Of a stretch of 14,942 bases of DNA, positions 8,172-14,942 are shown one piece after another (the stretch's first letter is position 1; each line of letters opens with the position of its first letter). The notes beneath the pieces are model-generated. The model made no database searches. It was not told the origin of the DNA and worked only from the letters and a program-made list of their open reading frames with translations. Made by a program: the position numbers and the translations under genes. This DNA is from Myxococcota bacterium (GTDB lineage: Bacteria; Myxococcota_A; Polyangia; Polyangiales; Houyiibacteriaceae): positions 1 through 14,942 of the forward strand of contig JBCCEA010000062.1 of NCBI GenBank assembly GCA_039030515.1, in the 5' to 3' direction.

Positions 8172-8230
8172 TCACTGAGACCGTAGCGGAATCATCGTTC
8201 CGCTAAACCCCAATGTGCGTCTCGCGGTGA
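8172..8230 (+). promoter_or_regulatory. Candidate structured 5' leader of rplS
   Basis: Perfect 8-bp hairpin TAGCGGAA/TTCCGCTA (8184-8205) enclosed by the bulged stem TCACTGAGAC (8172-8181)/GTCTCGCGGTGA (8219-8230), ending at the RBS region. Confidence 0.4.
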
Positions 8231-8243
8231 AGAGAAGGTTCTC

Positions 8244-8702
8244 ATGGGTAATAGAGTCCCACAGATAGAAGCTATAGAGCGCGCTCAGATGCGCGAGCGT
8301 CCTGCCTTTCGGGTTGGCGACACCATCAAAGTTCACTACCGCATTCGGGAAGGTGAGAAGGAGCGCATCCAAATATTTCAGGGCGTGGTCATCCGCCGGA
8401 ACAACGGAGGGATCGGCGCCACGTTTACTGTCCGGAAGATATCCTACGGAGTTGGAGTCGAGCGCATTTTCCCTTTCCACTCACCCCGTGTCGAACGAGT
8501 GGAAGTTGAAAGTCGAGCCCACGTGCGACGGGCACGTCTATACTATCTTCGAGATCTCAGTGGGAAAAAGGCAAGACTCCGTGCCAGCAAAAAGAAGTCT
8601 GCGGATATTTCCGGATTAAACGTCGATCTTTCCGCAAAGACTGGTGAAAAAAGACGCAAGCGCGGAAAGAAGAGAAAGAAGGCGGCGCTAGCCGCTTCCT
8701 AA
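8244..8702 (+). CDS. rplS: 50S ribosomal protein L19 with a basic C-terminal extension
   Basis: [31 protein letters not shown]...[17 protein letters not shown]...[10 protein letters not shown]. Confidence 0.98.
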   Translation: MGNRVPQIEAIERAQMRERPAFRVGDTIKVHYRIREGEKERIQIFQGVVIRRNNGGIGATFTVRKISYGVGVERIFPFHSPRVERVEVESRAHVRRARLYYLRDLSGKKARLRASKKKSADISGLNVDLSAKTGEKRRKRGKKRKKAALAAS

Positions 8703-8713
8703 AGCCGTACCGT

Positions 8714-8741
8714 TGCAGTGTTGGGCATAGTCAACACTGCA
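8714..8741. terminator. Hairpin between convergent rplS and the JAB gene, possible terminator
   Basis: Perfect 10-bp stem TGCAGTGTTG/CAACACTGCA starting 12 nt after the rplS stop. No U-tract. Confidence 0.5.
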
Positions 8742-8790
8742 CATCTCCGACATAGGATTTTCCAGGTGCGGTGTAGGTAAGTCTAGTGAC

Positions 8791-9306
8791 CTAAGAACGG
8801 TCGGTGCAGATCCGCAACTGATATTCGCGGAACTCATCGGTGCCTGCAACATGGCACCACAACTTTCGATCCACCGCGCTTCCTTGAATCACGCTCACTA
8901 CGAGGAATGAGCAAGGATAAGTGAGTGCGCCCCCCCAAGAGAAGGTGGCCGCGTCTTCCTCGGAAAAGTACGCACCGGCATCGCAGTGGCTATGGTAGAT
9001 AACCTTGAGGGGTCTCCCGTTTTTGTTCCCTTCTCGCTCTGCACTCGAAGCGCGTTGAGTGTCCATCACGAAATACTCCTTCGACGTACGCGGGAATTGC
9101 TCAGGGTACTTGGCGTGTAGCGCGTCTGCCTGATTGATCTCCCGCGAAAACGAATCAAGCCGCGGTGGATTATCTTTCGGCCCGAAGATCAATCCACATG
9201 CCTCACTGGGGTACTGCTCTTCGGCATGGGCTTCGATATCGAGAAGCACGGCAGAAGCGATTTCTAGATCTCCACAGATCCAAGGCGGGTCATGTTCCTT
9301 TGTCAC
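8791..9306 (-). CDS. JAB/MPN+ (Mov34, Mec-like) zinc metallopeptidase
   Basis: YPSEACGLI containing the catalytic Glu, and JAMM motif YHSHCDAGAYFSEED (HxH-x7-S-x2-D). Confidence 0.92.
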   Translation of the reverse strand: MTKEHDPPWICGDLEIASAVLLDIEAHAEEQYPSEACGLIFGPKDNPPRLDSFSREINQADALHAKYPEQFPRTSKEYFVMDTQRASSAEREGNKNGRPLKVIYHSHCDAGAYFSEEDAATFSWGGALTYPCSFLVVSVIQGSAVDRKLWCHVAGTDEFREYQLRICTDRS

Positions 9307-9311
9307 GATTC

Positions 9312-9800
9312 TTAGTTCTTTCGATGGTTGTTGGCGGAATGGTCCATCTGTGACCCTGCTTGTTGGTCTTCATGGAGTGCCGCGCGCCGAAGCACATCTA
9401 CCGCTGTGAGAGCACCTGTCAGAATCTCCAGCGCCGGCAGGTCTCCATCTGCGCTGCGCAGGAAGTCATAAGTTTCGGTACACAAATCCACGTCGGCTTG
9501 GTAGCTCGCGTCAGCGCGCAGGCGAGATGTCTCTTGATGTGGCGCGCATGACTGCGCGGTGACCATCGCTTGAACCCCCGGCTGTTGCTCGAGTCGTTCC
9601 TCATCGTCGAAACAGCTAGGATTCTTCCTCTCGCATACGGCAAGCCCCGCTCGCTCGAGATAGATCTTGGCATAACGAAGCGCGCCTTGCTGGGTTCCGG
9701 TAAGCCGCACCTCAGAGTTGAGGAGATGATCCTGAGCCCCCTGACCGATCACCAAGATCTGTCGCATATAGCGTTTCGAACTTCTACGGAACTCACTCAC
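9312..9800 (-). CDS. Degenerate ThiF/MoeB-like protein (N-terminal RYxRQ kept, catalytic motifs lost)
   Basis: RYMRQILVIGQGAQDHLLNSEVRLTG...YLERAG aligns by eye with the MoeB N-terminus, and TGALTAVDVLR resembles the C-terminal helix. No GxGGxG, SNLxRQ or CxxC. The GTG start overlaps the Ubl stop (GTGA). Confidence 0.7.
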   Translation of the reverse strand: MSEFRRSSKRYMRQILVIGQGAQDHLLNSEVRLTGTQQGALRYAKIYLERAGLAVCERKNPSCFDDEERLEQQPGVQAMVTAQSCAPHQETSRLRADASYQADVDLCTETYDFLRSADGDLPALEILTGALTAVDVLRRAALHEDQQAGSQMDHSANNHRKN

Positions 9801-10075
9801 AAGCCCCCTGCGATGGCAGGGACAATGGAAATTTCGTCGCCGTCCCGGAGCGAGGTTTCTAGCTCTTCCATCGAACGAATGTCCTCTTCGCCCACGTAGA
9901 TGTTGACGTGCCTGAGCACGCCACCGAGCTCGTCACAGAGACGCGCCTTGAGCCCCGGATAGTTGCCCTCGAGGTTCTCGATAACCTTTCCGACCGTTTC
10001 CCCTTCAGCGTCCACTTCATCTTTACCGCCGGTCAAAGTGCGCAAAGGGGTCGGAATACGTACGGATATAGACAT
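9797..10075 (-). CDS. MoaD/ThiS/CysO-family ubiquitin-like sulfur carrier (92 aa), C-terminus GGL
   Basis: MSISVRIPTPLRTLTGG...VNIYVGEEDIR...LRDGDEISIVPAIAGGL. RBS AGGAG lies upstream of ATG 10075. Confidence 0.93.
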   Translation of the reverse strand: MSISVRIPTPLRTLTGGKDEVDAEGETVGKVIENLEGNYPGLKARLCDELGGVLRHVNIYVGEEDIRSMEELETSLRDGDEISIVPAIAGGL

Positions 10076-10100
10076 TGTAATTGCACTCCTGTCTTGAGAT

Positions 10101-10817
10101 TCAGATGTACTGACTTCGATCGAGGCTTGGCGCGTCGGTAAGGCAGAGTGGACAGTCCGTTCTCCGTTGAATGACGCGCTTTGTGAGACGACTGCGAGAT
10201 CCGTCGTAGTGGATGAGTTGTCCTGCATCTTCGTAATCACCTCGCAAAATTCGCAGCGCGCTCCAAGCCTGAATGGCACCAAGCACGCCGACGACAGGTC
10301 CCACGACGCCTGCAGAGGCGCAGGTTTCGGGGACGCCCCGAGGGATGTCTTCAAAAACGCAGCGTAGACAAGCCGTGTGCTTTGGAATTGTGCTTAGCGA
10401 CCAACCATACCAGCGAACAGAGCCCGCCTGAACGACGGGCTTGTCGAGCAGACGCGCGGTGTCGGCAGCTAAAAACTTGGTGGCAAAGTTATCGCTTCCC
10501 TCGAGTAAGATTGTCGATTCTGCTGCAAGTTCGGCGGCGTTTGCGGGAAGAAAACGACTGGCGATCGATTGAACGGAAATCCGGTGTCCCTCCCGGCGGG
10601 CGGCATCTTTGAGTCGCTCAGCCGCAACTTCCACCTTTGGACGACCGACATCACTCGACTCGAATAGGATCTGACGGTGTAAGTTGCTTTCGTCTACGCT
10701 GTCATCATCAACTAGGGTGAGATGTATCGGACGGCTACGGGCGATCGCAAGCGCCGCCGGGGAACCGAGTCCGCCCAGGCCGATCACCAGGACACGAGGT
10801 CTTCGAGGGCCTCTCAT
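10101..10817 (-). CDS. ThiF/MoeB/HesA-family E1-like adenylyltransferase
   Basis: VLVIGLGGLG, DDDSVDESNLHRQ, GRPKV, GSDNF, zinc pairs CLRC and CPLC, and a Cys in TCASAGVVGP. Confidence 0.93.
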   Translation of the reverse strand: MRGPRRPRVLVIGLGGLGSPAALAIARSRPIHLTLVDDDSVDESNLHRQILFESSDVGRPKVEVAAERLKDAARREGHRISVQSIASRFLPANAAELAAESTILLEGSDNFATKFLAADTARLLDKPVVQAGSVRWYGWSLSTIPKHTACLRCVFEDIPRGVPETCASAGVVGPVVGVLGAIQAWSALRILRGDYEDAGQLIHYDGSRSRLTKRVIQRRTDCPLCLTDAPSLDRSQYI

Positions 10818-10917
10818 GGTTCAATCCCGATCGAGAACTGCTTCATGAAGAATTATCCGCTGGACTCCGCGTATCCAGAGTCCGCGCGGCGACCAGAAGC
10901 AAAGCGATCCACCGAAC

Positions 10918-11373
10918 TCAAATCGTATAGGCATAGCCGGGTATCCCCTTCGGACCGTGTGAGGTGCCGTTGCCGCGATCGCAAAGCGCCTGGATAGAAA
11001 CTTCGTTTAAGCACTCCTCCACACGCTTTGAGAGCTCAGCCAGGACCATTTTGGTGATCGTACGACTCGAGGTGCGCTCACAATCCATAGATTCGTCCGG
11101 ATCACTGATCCCCAAAGGACCCTCCACAGCGTATACGATGTCTCCCAGACTTACTGCATGGGCCGGTCTCCCCAAAACGTAGCCGCCCCTAGGCCCTCTC
11201 TTCGAGACGACAATCCCGGCTCGTTTCAAATCCTGAAATATCTGCTCGAGAAAGCGAGGAGGAATGGCCTGGCGTTCCGCAATTTCGCTGATTCGGGCTG
11301 GGCGGCCCTTGCCGTGGAACTCAACATCGAACACGGCGCGTATACCGTATCTACATTTGTTGGACAGTTTCAT
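10918..11373 (-). CDS. Rrf2-family transcriptional regulator (CymR-like rather than 3-Cys IscR)
   Basis: MKLSNKCRYGIRA...IAERQAIPPRFLEQIFQDLKRAGIVVSKRGPRGGYVL...VSLGDIVYAVEG. Only one Cys lies in the IscR cluster-ligand region. Confidence 0.93.
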   Translation of the reverse strand: MKLSNKCRYGIRAVFDVEFHGKGRPARISEIAERQAIPPRFLEQIFQDLKRAGIVVSKRGPRGGYVLGRPAHAVSLGDIVYAVEGPLGISDPDESMDCERTSSRTITKMVLAELSKRVEECLNEVSIQALCDRGNGTSHGPKGIPGYAYTI

Positions 11374-11404
11374 CAGATGGAACTCGGGCGAAGGTTTATT
11401 CAGT

Positions 11405-11439
11405 TCTCATTCCATGAACTACCCCATCGGGCTTGTCAA
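11405..11439 (-). promoter_or_regulatory. Possible promoter for the Rrf2 operon
   Basis: Consensus TTGACA on the minus strand at 11439-11434, about 60 nt upstream of the Rrf2 start. No good -10 at 17-nt spacing. Confidence 0.3.
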
Positions 11440-11507
11440 CAATCGACTCTGGCGCTGAAGCCAGGTCCCGGTTTGATGTAAAGCATGCCTTCTGGTAACG
11501 CACCGCC

Positions 11508-12083
11508 GTGGTTTGGAAGTGTCTCGATACGCGTCATGCCGCCGGCTTGAGAAGTACGTCGACCCGCGTAGGACTCTTCGTTCTTTGGCTTGTTGGCTGC
11601 CCAATTGAAGCCTCCTCCGAGCCCGAGTCCGAGCGCCTAAAGTCGACCGACTTTTACGCTGCATCGCTCGACAGCCGTCTCCGTAGGGCAGTAGACGTAT
11701 TGCGCACGCGAGGTTTCGACTCGGATGCGCCGATATTGCGCACCTTTCTGGTAGAGCGAGACGCCCATGTACACGACGCAACGCTCAGTCGTGGTCGATG
11801 TTATGTATTCGCAGGTGTCGCGACTGACGCGGTGGAGCAGCTGAGCATTCGAGTATTCGATAGTGACGGTGCCCGTGCAGTAGAGGAACATAGCTTAGGA
11901 GCCGCAACCGCAGCGTTCTTCTGTCCTTCGGACTCCGGACGCTACTTTGTCGCGCTGACTGCGAGCCGCGGCAACGGTCTACTCGCGTTTCGACGATTGT
12001 CGGGACCGACAGGACTGACTCTGAGGGTCGATGACATCTTCCGTCCCCGAGAGCAGGAAGGGCGTCCTGGGAGCGTCCAGTGA
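11508..12083 (+). CDS. Putative lipoprotein with one Cys-paired beta-rich domain
   Basis: Hydrophobic stretch plus lipobox LVGC. Domain RGF...GRCYVFAG...IRVFDSDG...FCPSDSGRY...GNG is shared with the next two genes. Exact start uncertain. Confidence 0.75.
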   Translation: MVWKCLDTRHAAGLRSTSTRVGLFVLWLVGCPIEASSEPESERLKSTDFYAASLDSRLRRAVDVLRTRGFDSDAPILRTFLVERDAHVHDATLSRGRCYVFAGVATDAVEQLSIRVFDSDGARAVEEHSLGAATAAFFCPSDSGRYFVALTASRGNGLLAFRRLSGPTGLTLRVDDIFRPREQEGRPGSVQ

Positions 12084-13864
12084 ACGCTCCGATTCGTACC
12101 TACCGGGACTTTGACCATCTCAGGCGGGCTCGACCGTGTGGAATGTGGACGGGCCTCTTGTGCATGCTGGTCGCCTGTCCACCGAGCACAGATCCGGCAG
12201 CTGTTCGGACCTCCCCGATCGAGGCGCGCATGCCTCCTGAGCCTCTCGATGCGCTCAGTCAGCGTCTCGGAAGGGTGAGGCGCCGCATGCGAGAGCGCGG
12301 CTATCGCGAGACCGCGGTACTCCCTCGAGAGTTCGTGCTGCAGGGCAGAGGCATCGTCGTGCCGCTCGAACTGACAAGTGGATTGTGTTCCACCTACGTA
12401 TCCCTTGCCGCTGGAGGCGTGCGGCGACTCCAGATGCTGCTTTACGACGAAAACGGACACGAGATCGCGAGCAGCCGTCAAGACGGAGAGGGCTTGGTTC
12501 ACGCCTGCCCCATAGCGACTCAAGCCGATCACTCCCCCTTGCACACACTGGCGCACTACCTCGTGATCCGCTCCCGGTCCGGTTCAGGAGCGGTTGTGTT
12601 TTCAAAGTTCGAATCTGAATTGGGGGAAGGAGATGGATTCGACGGGTTGTTCGACGGAATCCGAAGACCGATCGTGCCGCTCGATGAAACAGAAAAACAA
12701 CTGACGCAGGCGCGTTCTCTGCTCCGCAGTCGTGGATTGAGTCCGGTCGAGAACATGCACCTCGTCACCCTGGCAGAGTCAGAGGGAACGCGACGTTCCT
12801 ACGAATTGACGTCGGAGCGCTGTTATTTCGTCGTAGCTCGAGCGGGTGAGGGAGTACGTGACTTAGACGTCTACGTATTCGATGAAGACGGAGCAGAGGT
12901 GGAGCGGGAGCTCGATAGCAGAGACTCCGCCAATCTTCCGTTCTGCCCGACTGAAGACGGGAGACACACGATTGAAGTTCGCATATTTGAGGGCTCTGGA
13001 GCGGTGGGTTTGATGTTGATGGACGGACCTCCAAGTTCCGCTCGCAGCGCGCCGCTTCCGAGTTCTGCAGTCTCCCGAGGCACGGCTCGACCTGGCTCTT
13101 TGCGGGAGCGATCGAAGCAGTCGACTGCTTCGAAGCCGCTCAGGGGAACTCCGCTGGTCGGACTGCACAAACTCACGGAAGCCATGCAGGGCCGAGGCTA
13201 CGTGCGTCCGACGTTTGTCGCCCGCGAGGTTCGACTAGACCCCGGTGAGACCCGACGGCATCAGGTGCTGACCGGAGAACATTGTGTGGTTGTGATGGCT
13301 GCGGCAGACGACGCCACGGCAGATCTCGATCTCTATCTTTTCGACGGGCAAGCGCAATCCATCGACAGCGACGCAGGTATCGACTCCACGGCTCGAGTGG
13401 TTGCCTGCGCGGAAGAAGCCGAAGTTCTAGACCTTGCGGTCAAGTTGTATGGTCGACCGGCTGCGTACTCGGTCGTGATGCTCTTTGCGCCGAGCGAGTT
13501 ACAAGGGGTGCAGAGTATCCGCTTGGATCTGGCTGATGCGTTGTTTCGAGACCGAGGCTACGTCACCACGGTGGAGGCTGTGCGCGATATGGAAGTTGGC
13601 GAGCGTTTTGTTCAAGACTTCATTCTGGCCGCAGGTAGCTGTCTCGCGGTCGCTGCGGCAGGAGATCGAGGAGTGGAGGATGTGGACATTACCCTCCGCG
13701 GCGAGGATGGTCGGGTCCTTGCTTCTGCATCCGGACCGGAAGCCTGGGGTGCTGTGGGCAAGTGCGCCTCCCCCAATGAGCCGAGCCGCATGCTGTCGGC
13801 AGAAGTACTGATCTACCGCGGAGCCGGCCGAGTCGCGATTCGACACCTAGAGAACCCGGGTTGA
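12080..13864 (+). CDS. Putative lipoprotein with four tandem Cys-paired domains (PPC-like)
   Basis: 594-aa ORF with lipobox LVAC and four repeats of RG[YL]...C...DLD(L/V)Y.FD..G...C, variably conserved. GTGA overlap with the previous gene. Confidence 0.85.
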   Translation: MNAPIRTYRDFDHLRRARPCGMWTGLLCMLVACPPSTDPAAVRTSPIEARMPPEPLDALSQRLGRVRRRMRERGYRETAVLPREFVLQGRGIVVPLELTSGLCSTYVSLAAGGVRRLQMLLYDENGHEIASSRQDGEGLVHACPIATQADHSPLHTLAHYLVIRSRSGSGAVVFSKFESELGEGDGFDGLFDGIRRPIVPLDETEKQLTQARSLLRSRGLSPVENMHLVTLAESEGTRRSYELTSERCYFVVARAGEGVRDLDVYVFDEDGAEVERELDSRDSANLPFCPTEDGRHTIEVRIFEGSGAVGLMLMDGPPSSARSAPLPSSAVSRGTARPGSLRERSKQSTASKPLRGTPLVGLHKLTEAMQGRGYVRPTFVAREVRLDPGETRRHQVLTGEHCVVVMAAADDATADLDLYLFDGQAQSIDSDAGIDSTARVVACAEEAEVLDLAVKLYGRPAAYSVVMLFAPSELQGVQSIRLDLADALFRDRGYVTTVEAVRDMEVGERFVQDFILAAGSCLAVAAAGDRGVEDVDITLRGEDGRVLASASGPEAWGAVGKCASPNEPSRMLSAEVLIYRGAGRVAIRHLENPG

Positions 13865-13867
13865 GCG

Positions 13868-14942
13868 ATGCACGTGACACCGCGCTCCGAATCATGCGTC
13901 GCTTGCTTTCCGAGCGCGTTATGTGTGTCCCGATGTTCGTTTGCCTTCACCGCAACTCTGGTCGTTTCTGAGATCGTTTTGGGCGTTAGGATCGACGCAC
14001 GCGCGCAAGAGCACTCTGGTGAATTAGATTGTCGAGTAGAGGGTCTGGATGAAGAGGACCCGGATGCAGCCCGATGCGCCCCTGAAGTGGACGTGTCTCG
14101 CCTAGGATTGCGATGTGCAGAACGGGCGCGCGTGCAGATGGAGTCAAGCGGGGCGATCTGGACGTCTCGGGAGACGGTCTTTCTATCTTCGGGTGCGAGG
14201 GTGTCGTTGCCGTTTCCGCCGGGCGACCATTCCTGTTTCGGGGTTCTCGCCACCGGCTCGGAGCCGATGGGCGATCTGGATCTCGCCGTATTCTCGGCGC
14301 CTGGGGCTCTACTCGCGGAGGACGCGGGACCGTATGCGTACGCGTACGTAGCACTTTGTCGCGAGGACGCGGCAGGACACGCATTGACCCTCACAGCGTC
14401 CCGAGGAAGCGGAGAGGTGGTGCTCGATTTCTTCAAAGATGCACCATCGCATGTGCATCAGCTCAATCGCGATATCGGCCTTTGCTATGCTGGATGGACT
14501 GGTCCGCCCGCAGAGTCATCCGAACTACATCATTACGGCCCAGATCACGACGGCCCGAATCACGACGGCCCCGGTGCTTCAGTGGAGGCGATCGCTGCAG
14601 GTCATGTTCAAGAAGAGTTGCGTCGCGGCTGGCAGCTGCTCCAGACAGCCCGGGAGCCATCGTTCCAAGCTAACGTGGCGGCACAGACTCGGTTCAGCGT
14701 AGGAGCCGGCATGTGCTACCAGGTCCTTATTGCATTAGAAGAGCATATACCACCGGTCAAACTAAGGTTGGAAATGACCTCCACTCAGCATCACTCGGGG
14801 CCGATTCGCTCCTTAGAAGCCCGAGGGCGACATCCACGGTTGAAGTTCTGTGCGACGCGGTCTGGAGAGGTTACTGCAAAGGTCTATCTTCAGAGAGATC
14901 TAGAGGTTGATGCAGAGCAACTTGCGGTTTGCGTATTTACGC
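13868..14942 (+). CDS. Exported protein with at least two copies of the same domain, 3'-partial (absent from the ORF track)
   Basis: My manual translation from ATG 13868 is open for 358 codons to the window end. It has a signal-like ...ARA|QE, domain 1 SCFGVLATGSEPMGDLDLAVFSAPGALLAEDAG...LC...TASRGSG and domain 2 RGW...AGMCYQV...FCATRSG. Confidence 0.85.
   Translation, partial: MHVTPRSESCVACFPSALCVSRCSFAFTATLVVSEIVLGVRIDARAQEHSGELDCRVEGLDEEDPDAARCAPEVDVSRLGLRCAERARVQMESSGAIWTSRETVFLSSGARVSLPFPPGDHSCFGVLATGSEPMGDLDLAVFSAPGALLAEDAGPYAYAYVALCREDAAGHALTLTASRGSGEVVLDFFKDAPSHVHQLNRDIGLCYAGWTGPPAESSELHHYGPDHDGPNHDGPGASVEAIAAGHVQEELRRGWQLLQTAREPSFQANVAAQTRFSVGAGMCYQVLIALEEHIPPVKLRLEMTSTQHHSGPIRSLEARGRHPRLKFCATRSGEVTAKVYLQRDLEVDAEQLAVCVFT
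14531..14572 (+). repeat. In-frame 15-bp repeat, about 2.8 copies, encoding HYGPD-HDGPN-HDGP
   Basis: CATTACGGCCCAGAT / CACGACGGCCCGAAT / CACGACGGCCCC in the interdomain linker. Confidence 0.85.

Noticed and set aside
9312..9800. Simple moeB pseudogene
   Set aside because: Disfavoured rather than excluded. The frame is intact, coupled to the Ubl gene and 5 nt from the JAB gene, and it retains exactly the motif the other E1 lacks.
8791..10817. CBASS/Bil-type antiphage ubiquitin-like system
   Set aside because: There is no E2, CD-NTase or effector. The Rrf2 regulator and CysO/Mec-like sequences in a housekeeping neighbourhood point to sulfur-carrier ancestry.
10814..10846. 10-codon ORF MKQFSIGIEP overlapping the E1 start, as a frameshifted E1 N-terminus
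   Set aside because: It has no resemblance to the RYxRQ helix, so it does not restore the missing segment. It is too short to support as a gene.
13813..14910. ORF-track calls 13813..14436(-), 14113..14673(+), 14439..14702(+) and 14713..14910(+)
   Set aside because: These are shadow frames of the 13868..>14942 gene, which carries the domain shared with its neighbours.

Overview
Moderately GC-rich bacterial DNA. The gene content points to Myxococcota/deltaproteobacteria (inference from pilR-pilA, the SPOUT methylase after trmD and the Cys-paired lipoproteins). From left to right: (1) a gap-free tandem array of four 124-bp structured units with covarying hairpins; (2) a minus-strand block of a small hypothetical gene, pilR and a type IVa pilin, with no adjacent pilS; (3) an enoyl-CoA hydratase and a shortened acyl-CoA dehydrogenase; (4) an RlpA-family lipoprotein; (5) the rpsP-khpA-rimM-trmD-SPOUT methylase-rplS operon, with an 18-bp tandem repeat after rpsP; (6) a minus-strand operon of Rrf2 regulator, ThiF/MoeB E1, MoaD/CysO ubiquitin-like protein ending GGL, a degenerate E1-like gene and a JAB/Mec peptidase; (7) three exported proteins built from at least 7 copies of one Cys-paired domain, the last missing from the ORF track because it runs off the window. 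The two best leads are the 124-bp array and the two E1-like genes. Those genes look complementary: one has the catalytic motifs but lacks the N-terminal arginine finger, and the other has only the arginine finger, suggesting a heterodimeric bacterial E1.
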